Origin: Nostoc sp. PCC 7120 = FACHB-418
GTDB taxonomy: Bacteria > Cyanobacteriota > Cyanobacteriia > Cyanobacteriales > Nostocaceae
NCBI RefSeq assembly: GCF_000009705.1
Contig: NC_003272.1
Coordinates: 360,001-392,000, forward strand
Direction of reading: 5' to 3'
Length of the DNA stretch: 32,000 bases
Below, one piece after another: positions 8,801-15,958 of the stretch (position 1 is its first letter; the number at the start of each line of letters is the position of its first letter). A model generated the notes under the pieces. The model was not told the origin of the DNA, did no database searches, and saw nothing but the letters and a program-made list of their open reading frames with translations. The position numbers were made by a program, and so were the translations under genes.

Positions 8801-11277
8801 CAGAGATAAGCTGCTTCTGCTGCTTCTTGGTATAGATTCAAGACAGTTTCGTATTTAGTTAACCATGATGATTCACCTATAAGTTTTATAGCCACCATGA
8901 AATAACTAAGAGCAGGTTCATAGGCCGTTGCTTGTTGTGATTTACGTCCAGCGATTAAATTTAATTCTACGAGTTTATTTTTTTCTGAATCTTCAATAAC
9001 AAGATCAACACTCTTATTGAACTGATTCACAATATCAAAAACATTGCTTTCTATATCTTTGGGTTGCGTATTTTGAAGCAGTAAGCGACCTATTTTGATG
9101 TGAGTATCTTTCTTTTGATTTTGAGGAATTAACGAATATGCAGCTTGTTGTACTCTATCATGTAAAAATTTATAGAGTATTTGTTTACTATCAAATGAAA
9201 TATCATCTTGAGAGTGAAATAGTAGCGGTATACGGTATGTTTCATTTAACGGTAAAATTAGACTAGATTGCAGAGCATCATCAAGCTCATTTGCAGTATC
9301 AAATACTGATTTTTGATTTACTAATGACAGTACATGAAGGTTGAATTTATCGCCAATACAAGCTGCTAGCTGCAATATTTTTTGGGTTTTTTCTGGCAAT
9401 AACTGAATACGACTGGAGACTAATTCAACTACACTCTTATCAGAAACACCAACAGTAATAATTTTCTCAATTTCCCACTGCCATTTCTGTGTAGTAAAAT
9501 CGAATATAAGTAGTGATTCTTGATACAATGCTTTGAGTAGCTGATTGATAAAGAAAGGATTTCCCGCAGTTTTGTTAAAAATGAGTGTAGTTAAAGGATA
9601 GCATCGGGTAGTATTATCATTTAAGGTGTCTTGAACAAAATGAACTACATTAGCTATATCTAACGGTTGTAGCTCAATATTATTAACAACAGTTCCAGAT
9701 TTTTTAATTTCCTCAATAGTGTTAATCAGAGGATGAAGTTTATTAACTTCATTATTACGATATGCTCCAATTATTAGTAAATATTTAATTGTCTGGTCAC
9801 AAATCAAAGACTCCATCAAGTTTAATGTTGCCGAATCTGCCCATTGTAAATCGTCTAAAAATATAACTAATGGATGTTCGCAACAGCAAAAGACTTGAAT
9901 AAATCTTTGAAAAATTTGATTAAATCTATTCTGTGATTCATGAGAACTTAGTTGAGGAATTTCTGGTTGCTTACCAATAATTAATTCGGCTTCTGGGATA
10001 ACATCAATAATGACTTTTCCATTACTACCAACGGCTTGCAGTATGCTGCTGCGCCACATTTCTAGTCTTTCTGTGGATTCTGTTAAAAGTTGGCGCATTA
10101 AGGAAGAAAAAGCTTGAACGAGGGATAAATAAGGTATATCTCGCTTGAACTGATCAAACTTACCACTAATAAAATATCCCTTAACTTGAGTAATGGGCTT
10201 GTTAACTTCATTGATAACGGAAGTTTTACCAATACCGGAGTAACCGGATACTAATGTTAACTCACTGTTACCACGGCTAACTCGTGCGAATGAAAGGAGT
10301 AGTTGTTCAACTTGGGTTTCTCTGCCGTATAACTTTTGGGGAATAATGAGCTGAGAGAAAACATCTAGACGACCTGGAGTAAAATCGGCGATCGCTCCTG
10401 TATGATTAAGCTGTTCTAAACATTGTTCTAAATCAACCAATAATCCCTGTGCAGAGTAGTATCTATCTTCTGCATTTTTAGCCATTAGCTTATGGACGAT
10501 ACCAACAACAGCATTGGGTATGTTTGCTGCTAGCTGCTGTATGGGTGTTGCTTCCTTGGCAATATGAGCGTGTACTAATTCCAAGGGTTCACTGCTGTTA
10601 AACGGTAATTGTCCCGTCAGCATTTCGTAAAGTGTAATTCCCAATGAATAGAAGTCGCTACGGTAATCTAGGTTACGGTTCATCCGTCCTGTTTGTTCTG
10701 GCGACATATAAGCTAGTGTTCCTTCTAGCTGGTTGGGGTTGATAAGTTGTGGCGTTTCCTTTTTTAAACGGGAAGCAATGCTGAAATCAGTGAGTTTAAT
10801 AATTAAGCTAGGCTCTACTTCTGGCGTTTTTTGTAACTCGTTGTCTAAATTTTTAATAATGATATTGCCAGGTTTAATATCTTTATGAATAATTTTATTG
10901 TCGTGAATGTGGACTAAAGCACGGGTGATGGCGATGGCAACTTGGAGAGTTAGCTGCAAAGAAGGCTGATGGGTATAAAGATACTGTTTGAGGCTAATAC
11001 CACCAAAATCTTCAAATACTAGTACTAATCGTTTGTGATGAGTTTCCAAACTGATAACCTTGACAATATTTGGATGGTCAAGGTTAGTAGAGATAGAATA
11101 TTCGTGTTTAAATCTGACAATTGCTTCTAGAGAAAAGTAATTATCTATTAAAACTTTAAGAATCGTGGGAGTGTTACCATCCACTTTTGTAGCGCGGTAG
11201 ATGTTAGTGTTGGTTCCAGAATGGGTAAGTTCTAAAATTCTGTAACCAGAAACTTGAACATTATGGGAAATTACCAC
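5851..11277 (-). CDS. multidomain sensor: Ser/Thr protein kinase - AAA_16-type P-loop NTPase - long helical/TPR-like region - GAF - histidine kinase
   Basis: 1808-aa ORF with a GTG start and AGGAAG upstream.
- Kinase domain: K41 in TILKVL, HKDIKPGN, DFS at aa 164-166, SPE.
- P-loop: GYSGIGKT at aa 345-352, Walker B VIFLDDLQWAD.
- GAF: ILASPIISQGKLTGILYLENN.
- HisKA H-box: GVAHEINNP.
- HATPase boxes: LLTNSIDAL, DNGIGI, GKGTGLGLSIS.
- No receiver domain. Confidence 0.9.
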   Translation of the reverse strand: MVISHNVQVSGYRILELTHSGTNTNIYRATKVDGNTPTILKVLIDNYFSLEAIVRFKHEYSISTNLDHPNIVKVISLETHHKRLVLVFEDFGGISLKQYLYTHQPSLQLTLQVAIAITRALVHIHDNKIIHKDIKPGNIIIKNLDNELQKTPEVEPSLIIKLTDFSIASRLKKETPQLINPNQLEGTLAYMSPEQTGRMNRNLDYRSDFYSLGITLYEMLTGQLPFNSSEPLELVHAHIAKEATPIQQLAANIPNAVVGIVHKLMAKNAEDRYYSAQGLLVDLEQCLEQLNHTGAIADFTPGRLDVFSQLIIPQKLYGRETQVEQLLLSFARVSRGNSELTLVSGYSGIGKTSVINEVNKPITQVKGYFISGKFDQFKRDIPYLSLVQAFSSLMRQLLTESTERLEMWRSSILQAVGSNGKVIIDVIPEAELIIGKQPEIPQLSSHESQNRFNQIFQRFIQVFCCCEHPLVIFLDDLQWADSATLNLMESLICDQTIKYLLIIGAYRNNEVNKLHPLINTIEEIKKSGTVVNNIELQPLDIANVVHFVQDTLNDNTTRCYPLTTLIFNKTAGNPFFINQLLKALYQESLLIFDFTTQKWQWEIEKIITVGVSDKSVVELVSSRIQLLPEKTQKILQLAACIGDKFNLHVLSLVNQKSVFDTANELDDALQSSLILPLNETYRIPLLFHSQDDISFDSKQILYKFLHDRVQQAAYSLIPQNQKKDTHIKIGRLLLQNTQPKDIESNVFDIVNQFNKSVDLVIEDSEKNKLVELNLIAGRKSQQATAYEPALSYFMVAIKLIGESSWLTKYETVLNLYQEAAEAAYLCGQFNKMQNLANVVIGNAHNLQDKIKVYNLKILTAIAQKQLQEALSLGLNLLNQLEIDFPEEPTDDFVNQVLLETNSLIPRNNIQGLLHLPEMTDVNSLAAMEILDTISTAAYSVSPKLMLLINLSRVKLSLLYGNSASSPIAYAAYALILCGVINDSELGYELGKVALNLTADLSPFIKGKILFYVSNFIFHWKTHLRETLQFSKMGAKYSLEGGDLEYTAWFYQFGCCSLYWQGEELNNLKQKIENANCAIRQTKQEQPLSHQYMLYQVVSNLMDNSQDACSLMSENYNEQEFLAQYEIVNDYLGIYYFHLYKTILNYLFGQHEQARIHSGIAAQNISSATAQFVVPIFYFYDSLTQLAIYPCEAESGQKHILAQVQDNQEKMRKWAEFAPMNFLHKFYLVEAEICKIQGKKYQAMDYYDRAIILAQEQGYIQEMAIANELAAIFYSQLGRTKLAKSYMDEAHYNYISWGAIAKAKDLEKRYSDLLTRTGTLIQSHITLTRGATTSTRNLSLDISTVIKASQALSSEIVLEKLLEKLMCLAKENAGAQKVFFIAQKDETLVIEGSLIEEGIITTLQAIPITNSQVLPASVINYVKRTQTPLVLDDVSHAEDFNKDPYIINYRPKSILASPIISQGKLTGILYLENNLTSHAFTEDRLEVLQILSAQAAISLENTRLYLTLEARVQERTQELEDKNYQLQNILGELQRTQAQLIHNEKMSSLGQLVAGVAHEINNPINFIYGNVTHIKDYSKSLLDIIDFYQAEYPDSQETILEIADEYDIDFIKDDMPKLLTSMKNGAERIRDIVISLRNFSRLDESAIKEVDIHEGIDNTLMILQQRLPDIEIIKQYGDLPKITCDASQINQVFLHLLTNSIDALSERKNKSKSYHGQAISFSPKIRISTIVDDTQQAVIRVTDNGIGIDSNIISKIFDPFFTTKPVGKGTGLGLSISYQIVEKHQGSLECLSSLTDETTFIVKLPISSR

Positions 11278-11355
11278 GGTCTTCTTCCTAGATTCAAATT
11301 ACTGTTATGCTTAAGCTGCTCTTGCTTTAACTTGCACGTCTTTTCGCATTGGATA

Positions 11356-11394
11356 TTGACATTTGACGGTTGGCTGTCAACCGTCAAATGTCAA
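11356..11394. repeat. 39-bp perfect palindrome (17-bp arms, 5-nt loop) in the spacer between the flavoprotein gene and the giant kinase gene.
   Basis: TTGACATTTGACGGTTG (11356-11372), loop GCTGT, CAACCGTCAAATGTCAA (11378-11394). An A6 run follows on the + strand. It lies 79 nt upstream of the kinase GTG. Confidence 0.6.
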
Positions 11395-11489
11395 AAAACC
11401 ATACAAGTGACTATGTAATTTAAAAGCGTAATAGCTTATCCTCAATGAGTTTTGAGAAATTAATCTCTAATGCTCAATAATGATTTAAT

Positions 11490-11602
11490 GCAATGTACAA
11501 CGTTATCTCAAATCTAACCCCTAACTTCTTCCCTTGTAGGTCTTGTGTCAACCCCGAAAAGCAAGCTATGGAAACAGATTTTAAAAATAAGTTGTACATT
11601 GC
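11490..11602. mobile_element. Candidate MITE-like element, 113 bp, with 12-bp perfect terminal inverted repeats.
   Basis: GCAATGTACAAC (11490-11501) and GTTGTACATTGC (11591-11602). The flanks are TTAAT and CTAAT. It has no coding capacity and sits in a 400-bp spacer. Confidence 0.3.
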
Positions 11603-11683
11603 CTAATTTAGGATTGCTATATATCTAGGGTTCCCATTAATTTCAGTTACTAACAAACTTACAGCAGATTCAGGATAACCCTA

Positions 11684-13027
11684 CTAGCTCAGAACATGGC
11701 TCGGATCATACTGTTGTTTCATAGTTTCCCAAGTCTTATAACTGGTACCATAATGCTGTCGCCAATCAAAATTTGATTTGCCAAGCCAACCGGAGAGATA
11801 GCGTTTTCCTCCTGCACGAAGAAGTAGTTGATTAACTTTTTCTAACACGTCAAAAGTTTTGGTATCTTCAACGGGAACAGCCATAGGGAGAATTGCAAAA
11901 CAAAGGATATTTTTGGCTGGTGGCATCATAAATAGGTTAGGTAGGTTATCAGGTGCAACCATGATGGCTCTGTGTCCATCGCCCAAGCTTAGTGGTAACA
12001 TATCAAGAATTTCTGGCAAAACTTCTGCCAAAGCTTCAGCACTAATGAAACATTCTATCCAAGGGTGAGCTTGGTTCCATGCACCACTTGTCCGCATGAC
12101 TTCAAATCGGGGTTGGTAGCGAAAAACATGGCTCACGGTTTCTTCATCTTCTGTATGGAAAAGCCGCCAGTAATTTAAGTCGTGTAATACATCACTTGCC
12201 GATGGTGCTACCTCATCATACTCAATACCAACTTGCAATCCATAAAGCCAATGGGCGAAGAATTTTTTACCACTAGTAGTGTGACGAATACCTTTAGCCG
12301 AAGTCCAACAAAATCCTTCCAAATGTTCTATTTGGTGATTTCTACCTAAAAATATATGGTCATCCATCCAGGGTTTCAGGGAATCATAAAGTAGATGAAA
12401 AGTCCGAATGTATTTTTTAGTTTTCCGTAGTGCTAATGTGGCGCTGGCAATAACACCACATCCTCCTAAACCACCTAAAACTGCATGGTATAGTTCTGGT
12501 GTTTGTGTGCGGCTACATTGGATATATTCACCATTCCCCGTGATGATATGCAAATCAATTACATTGGCAACGACGGGACCATAAGTTTTGGAAGTGCTGC
12601 CAATACCGCCTGTGGAAAGCAATCCTCCTACTGTTTGTTCCAAGTTGAGGGGGAGAACACAGGGAAGCATACCGTATTTCACAGTTGTGGTAACTATATC
12701 TTGCCATGTTGCTCCAGCTTCAGTGGCGATCGCCTGCGCTACGGTATCTACTTTAGATACATGGTTTAGTCGCGTTAGGTCAAGGGTGAAAGCATCTTGA
12801 GCCACAGACTGTCCGCCTTGAGTGTAACCTTTACCACGAGCTTTGAGTCGTAAATTTTGCTGTTTGGCAAATCGTAGTGCTGAACTGAGTTCCTCAAGAT
12901 TGTGAGGTCGGATAATACCAAGGGTATTACCTTTAATTAGACTGCCGAAGTCAGTAATAACGCTCGATATAACACTCTGATCCTGGATTACATTTACCAC
13001 TGGAGAATTGTTTTTTGGTTTACTCAT
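11684..13027 (-). CDS. FAD-linked oxidase (PCMH type), cytokinin-dehydrogenase-like
   Basis: 447 aa. The N-terminal FAD_binding_4-like region contains IIRPHNLEELSSALRFAKQQNLRLKARGKGYTQGGQS and VGGLLSTGGIGS. The C-terminal half contains HPWIECFIS and GGKRYLSGW...W.QHYG..YKTWETMKQQYDP, resembling plant CKX. The start lies 10 nt after the methyltransferase stop. Confidence 0.75.
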   Translation of the reverse strand: MSKPKNNSPVVNVIQDQSVISSVITDFGSLIKGNTLGIIRPHNLEELSSALRFAKQQNLRLKARGKGYTQGGQSVAQDAFTLDLTRLNHVSKVDTVAQAIATEAGATWQDIVTTTVKYGMLPCVLPLNLEQTVGGLLSTGGIGSTSKTYGPVVANVIDLHIITGNGEYIQCSRTQTPELYHAVLGGLGGCGVIASATLALRKTKKYIRTFHLLYDSLKPWMDDHIFLGRNHQIEHLEGFCWTSAKGIRHTTSGKKFFAHWLYGLQVGIEYDEVAPSASDVLHDLNYWRLFHTEDEETVSHVFRYQPRFEVMRTSGAWNQAHPWIECFISAEALAEVLPEILDMLPLSLGDGHRAIMVAPDNLPNLFMMPPAKNILCFAILPMAVPVEDTKTFDVLEKVNQLLLRAGGKRYLSGWLGKSNFDWRQHYGTSYKTWETMKQQYDPSHVLS

Positions 13028-13037
13028 GGTAGATGTA

Positions 13038-13772
13038 TTAGTGGCGTTTAATTACTGCCCAAAATGCTGGTGGTGTTGCGTAGTTGCCATCAGGTAGTTT
13101 ATGAATACTTTGGAATAAGCTTTCACCTTGACTGAGAATTTCAAAATCTGGAAAATATAATTCAATATCTTCTGTCGTGAAAATCCCTGGTCGAATGCCA
13201 TGTTCCATGACTAAAGATAGTTCGTATGGTAATTTTCCATACTTTTCCAAGAGTGAGTTAAAGAATTCAATACAGCCAGTACCTAATTCAATTAAATACA
13301 TTACTCCTTGTTTACCAAGAAGTGTGCGTAAAGATTGAGCAAGTAATTCCCTTTTTTCTACGGGAATGTGGTGAAATCCTGTTCTCATATAAATATTAGC
13401 ATCACCGATTTCCGAATGTATTTGTGCGGCTTGTTCGGGTACTAAACCATCAAGAAGGCGATATGAAATGTTTGCAGCCGTGTTTTCCTTGGAGGCCATT
13501 TCCAGAGCAGTCTTAGAGACATCAAATCCGATAACTCTAGGGAAAAATTGGGAGAGAAATTTAGTTTGTGTACCATTACCACAAGCGAAATCAATGAGTG
13601 GTAATTCGGTATCAAAGAATGATTGAAAACGAGGTAAATCAACGACTACAGCTCTTTCCACATTAGCATCCCACAAAACTGGAGTGGCATTAACTAAAGT
13701 TTTGTTCCAATATTGCTCCCAAGCTTCAGCAACGTTAATGTCAGGTTTTTCTCTAGCACTTAGCTTTTCCAT
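13038..13772 (-). CDS. class I SAM-dependent methyltransferase
   Basis: 244 aa with motif I LIDFACGNGTQT, post-I VIGFDVS and a Rossmann-like layout. AAGAGGA lies 5 nt upstream of the ATG. Confidence 0.8.
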   Translation of the reverse strand: MEKLSAREKPDINVAEAWEQYWNKTLVNATPVLWDANVERAVVVDLPRFQSFFDTELPLIDFACGNGTQTKFLSQFFPRVIGFDVSKTALEMASKENTAANISYRLLDGLVPEQAAQIHSEIGDANIYMRTGFHHIPVEKRELLAQSLRTLLGKQGVMYLIELGTGCIEFFNSLLEKYGKLPYELSLVMEHGIRPGIFTTEDIELYFPDFEILSQGESLFQSIHKLPDGNYATPPAFWAVIKRH

Positions 13773-13826
13773 AAGTCCTCTTAGTTTTTTAATTTGTTGT
13801 TTTTACGCTCTACAAAGTGGCGACCG

Positions 13827-14501
13827 TCAATATTTTGGGGAAGGATATAAAGCGGCGGCTAGCCCGTCAAACATAAGATCAAAAGCTTCATATATACGAT
13901 CAATCATCTTGAAATGGTATATTCTTTGATCATGATTCAACTGTATATTTCCGATTAAATCCTGCATTCCTATCTCGAAAATCTCATGTTCTTTTTCAAC
14001 GCCAAGATGATGACTTGAGAAGTATTTAAGACAGGTGTTACAATTATTTTTTTCGATAAAGTCTGTAACACATTCAAAAAAAACGTGACCTGCTGATTCT
14101 AGTGCGAGTATTAAAGTTATTCTTTCATAGTCATTGTTAGCACGAAAGACTTCTGACATCAGTGAAAATGTTGCATCACGTACAGGAGCATGAGATTTAC
14201 TGTAGAGAACCTGCAAATTTGGCTGTTCTGCATTTAACATTTTCAAGTCATATAAGAACCATTTTTCATGACCGATATCTTCCATGAGGTGTTTTTTGAC
14301 AAATTCATAGTACTCTTCATCGGTAATGAATGATAGATTCATTCTCAATAAATCTTGAAAAGACATCACCCAAAAGCCAATATTAGAAGCCATTCTGGCA
14401 AAGTCTTCTAATTTAGATTCACCCACTTTTAAACCCTGAAATAAACTGTGTTCAATTAACAGTTTTTGTTTGAATTCCAGATATTCTTGTATGGCTTTCA
14501 T
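13827..14501 (-). CDS. hypothetical all-helical protein; candidate heme-oxygenase-like di-iron oxidase (HDO / PqqC-TenA-CADD superfamily)
   Basis: 224 aa. Ligand-like motifs are MEDIGHEKW (E74/D75, H78), LALESAGH (E135, H139) and HHLGVEKEHE (H165-x3-E169-x2-H172). The last matches the H-x3-(D/E)-x2-H helix remembered from CADD/UndA-type enzymes. It is the first gene of a tight three-gene unit. Confidence 0.5.
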   Translation of the reverse strand: MKAIQEYLEFKQKLLIEHSLFQGLKVGESKLEDFARMASNIGFWVMSFQDLLRMNLSFITDEEYYEFVKKHLMEDIGHEKWFLYDLKMLNAEQPNLQVLYSKSHAPVRDATFSLMSEVFRANNDYERITLILALESAGHVFFECVTDFIEKNNCNTCLKYFSSHHLGVEKEHEIFEIGMQDLIGNIQLNHDQRIYHFKMIDRIYEAFDLMFDGLAAALYPSPKY

Positions 14502-14981
14502 GGTGTTTTTATGATTACCTACTTGAATACAAGATAGCTTTCTTTACAATTAGCAATCATGAGTGGTAACACCGAGCTTTAAAAGAAAAATTATCTGATT
14601 TTTTTAAAAAAAAATTACTATTAAATTAGTATGCACGTAGTACTTACTTAGGTAATGACTACAGTGCCTTTGTAAAACTTTTACTAATATTTAAATCAAT
14701 AATCTGGACTGGATACAGGGAAATAAAATCATGATTATTGTGCTATTTTTTATACTCTTGAAATTTGAACAGATTAGTTGATGAAAGAATAGTTAATGAT
14801 TGGGTATGGGCTGATAATATAAGCCCACACATATAATCGATGTATTCATGATTGATTTATTTCCGAAATTAAGGAGATGCTGAGGTATAGTGGTTAATTG
14901 TTATTTATTCTGTCTTGGTCAGCATAAATTTATACTTTGATTTAACGGTATCAAAGAATCAATGTGTAATTAATAAGATGC

Positions 14982-15761
14982 CTAATTGAATATATGCCTT
15001 AATGGTAAACCGTCCTGAAAGACTAACAGTTCTCCTGGTTGAATTGGTGTCCAAACTTCGTTATCTGTGAGCGGCGTAGTGGCAATAACAGCGACGCGAT
15101 CGCTTGGTGTTGTCAATTCATTAAAATCTACTGTCATATCCTGATCAATCAGGTGTGCGGCCGCAAAAGGCGCTTGACGTACTATGTAACTGAGGTTTGT
15201 GGAACAGTGCGTAAAGAAATGTTCTCCATCGGATAGTAGATAGTTGAAAACACCGATTGCAGCTAATCTTTCTGTAACTCGTTGCAGTACAGGGTACAGT
15301 TTTTCTAGGGAGGGTTTACCTTCGGGAAAACTTTGCCGCAGTGTTTCTAATATCAAGCAGAATGCTTTCTCACTGTCAGTATGACCGACAGCTTGATAAA
15401 AATCTTGAATTGGTGGTTGAAAGTCAGGCAAATTACCATTGTGAGCAAACACCCAATATCTTCCCCAAAGTTCTCGGCGAAAAGGATGGCAGTTTTCTAA
15501 AGCGACTTCACCTTGGGTTGCTTTGCGAATATGGGCGATGACATGGGTAGAGTGGATGGGATAGCATCGCACAAAATCTGCTATCGGAGAATCTATAGAG
15601 GGTTTAGCATCTAAAAATATTCGACATCCCTTTCCTTCAAAAAAAGCAATTCCCCAACCATCACTGTGATTATCTGTTTTTCCTCCCCGTGCAGAAAATC
15701 CTTCAAAGGAAAAACAGATATCCGTTGGCACATTGCAATTCATTCCCAGTAGTTGACACAT
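14982..15761 (-). CDS. class II (Ntn) glutamine amidotransferase, YafJ-type
   Basis: 259 aa. It starts M-C (Cys2 nucleophile) and contains MCQLLGMNCNVPTDICFSF...HSDGWGIAFFEG and FAHNGNL. Confidence 0.85.
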   Translation of the reverse strand: MCQLLGMNCNVPTDICFSFEGFSARGGKTDNHSDGWGIAFFEGKGCRIFLDAKPSIDSPIADFVRCYPIHSTHVIAHIRKATQGEVALENCHPFRRELWGRYWVFAHNGNLPDFQPPIQDFYQAVGHTDSEKAFCLILETLRQSFPEGKPSLEKLYPVLQRVTERLAAIGVFNYLLSDGEHFFTHCSTNLSYIVRQAPFAAAHLIDQDMTVDFNELTTPSDRVAVIATTPLTDNEVWTPIQPGELLVFQDGLPLRHIFN

Positions 15762-15958
15762 TAATATTGCAGCTTCTGAATTTTTGACTCATGCCTGAGA
15801 AACAAGATACTTCAGAATGCTGCTACAGTTTTGGTGCGATCGCTTCAATCTGAAAATTTTTAGATAAATCGACTAAGCTAAAACATCGTATCGACGTACG
15901 TCCGATGGCGCAACGACTAATTGTGCCAGCTTACCTACTGCTGCTTGTAAATGAGTAT

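Noticed and set aside
11859-13929. Track ORFs 11859-12068, 12503-12769, 12588-12800 (+), 13442-13642 (-) and 13684-13929 (+) inside the cassette genes.
   Set aside because: They are antisense or out-of-frame overlaps of the flavoprotein, methyltransferase and HDO-candidate genes. They show no motifs, start signals or independent support.
14731-14781. 16-codon hydrophobic mini-ORF (MIIVLFFILLKFEQIS) on the plus strand in the AT-rich leader of the cassette.
   Set aside because: AT-rich DNA yields such ORFs by chance. It has no convincing ribosome-binding site and faces away from any operon.
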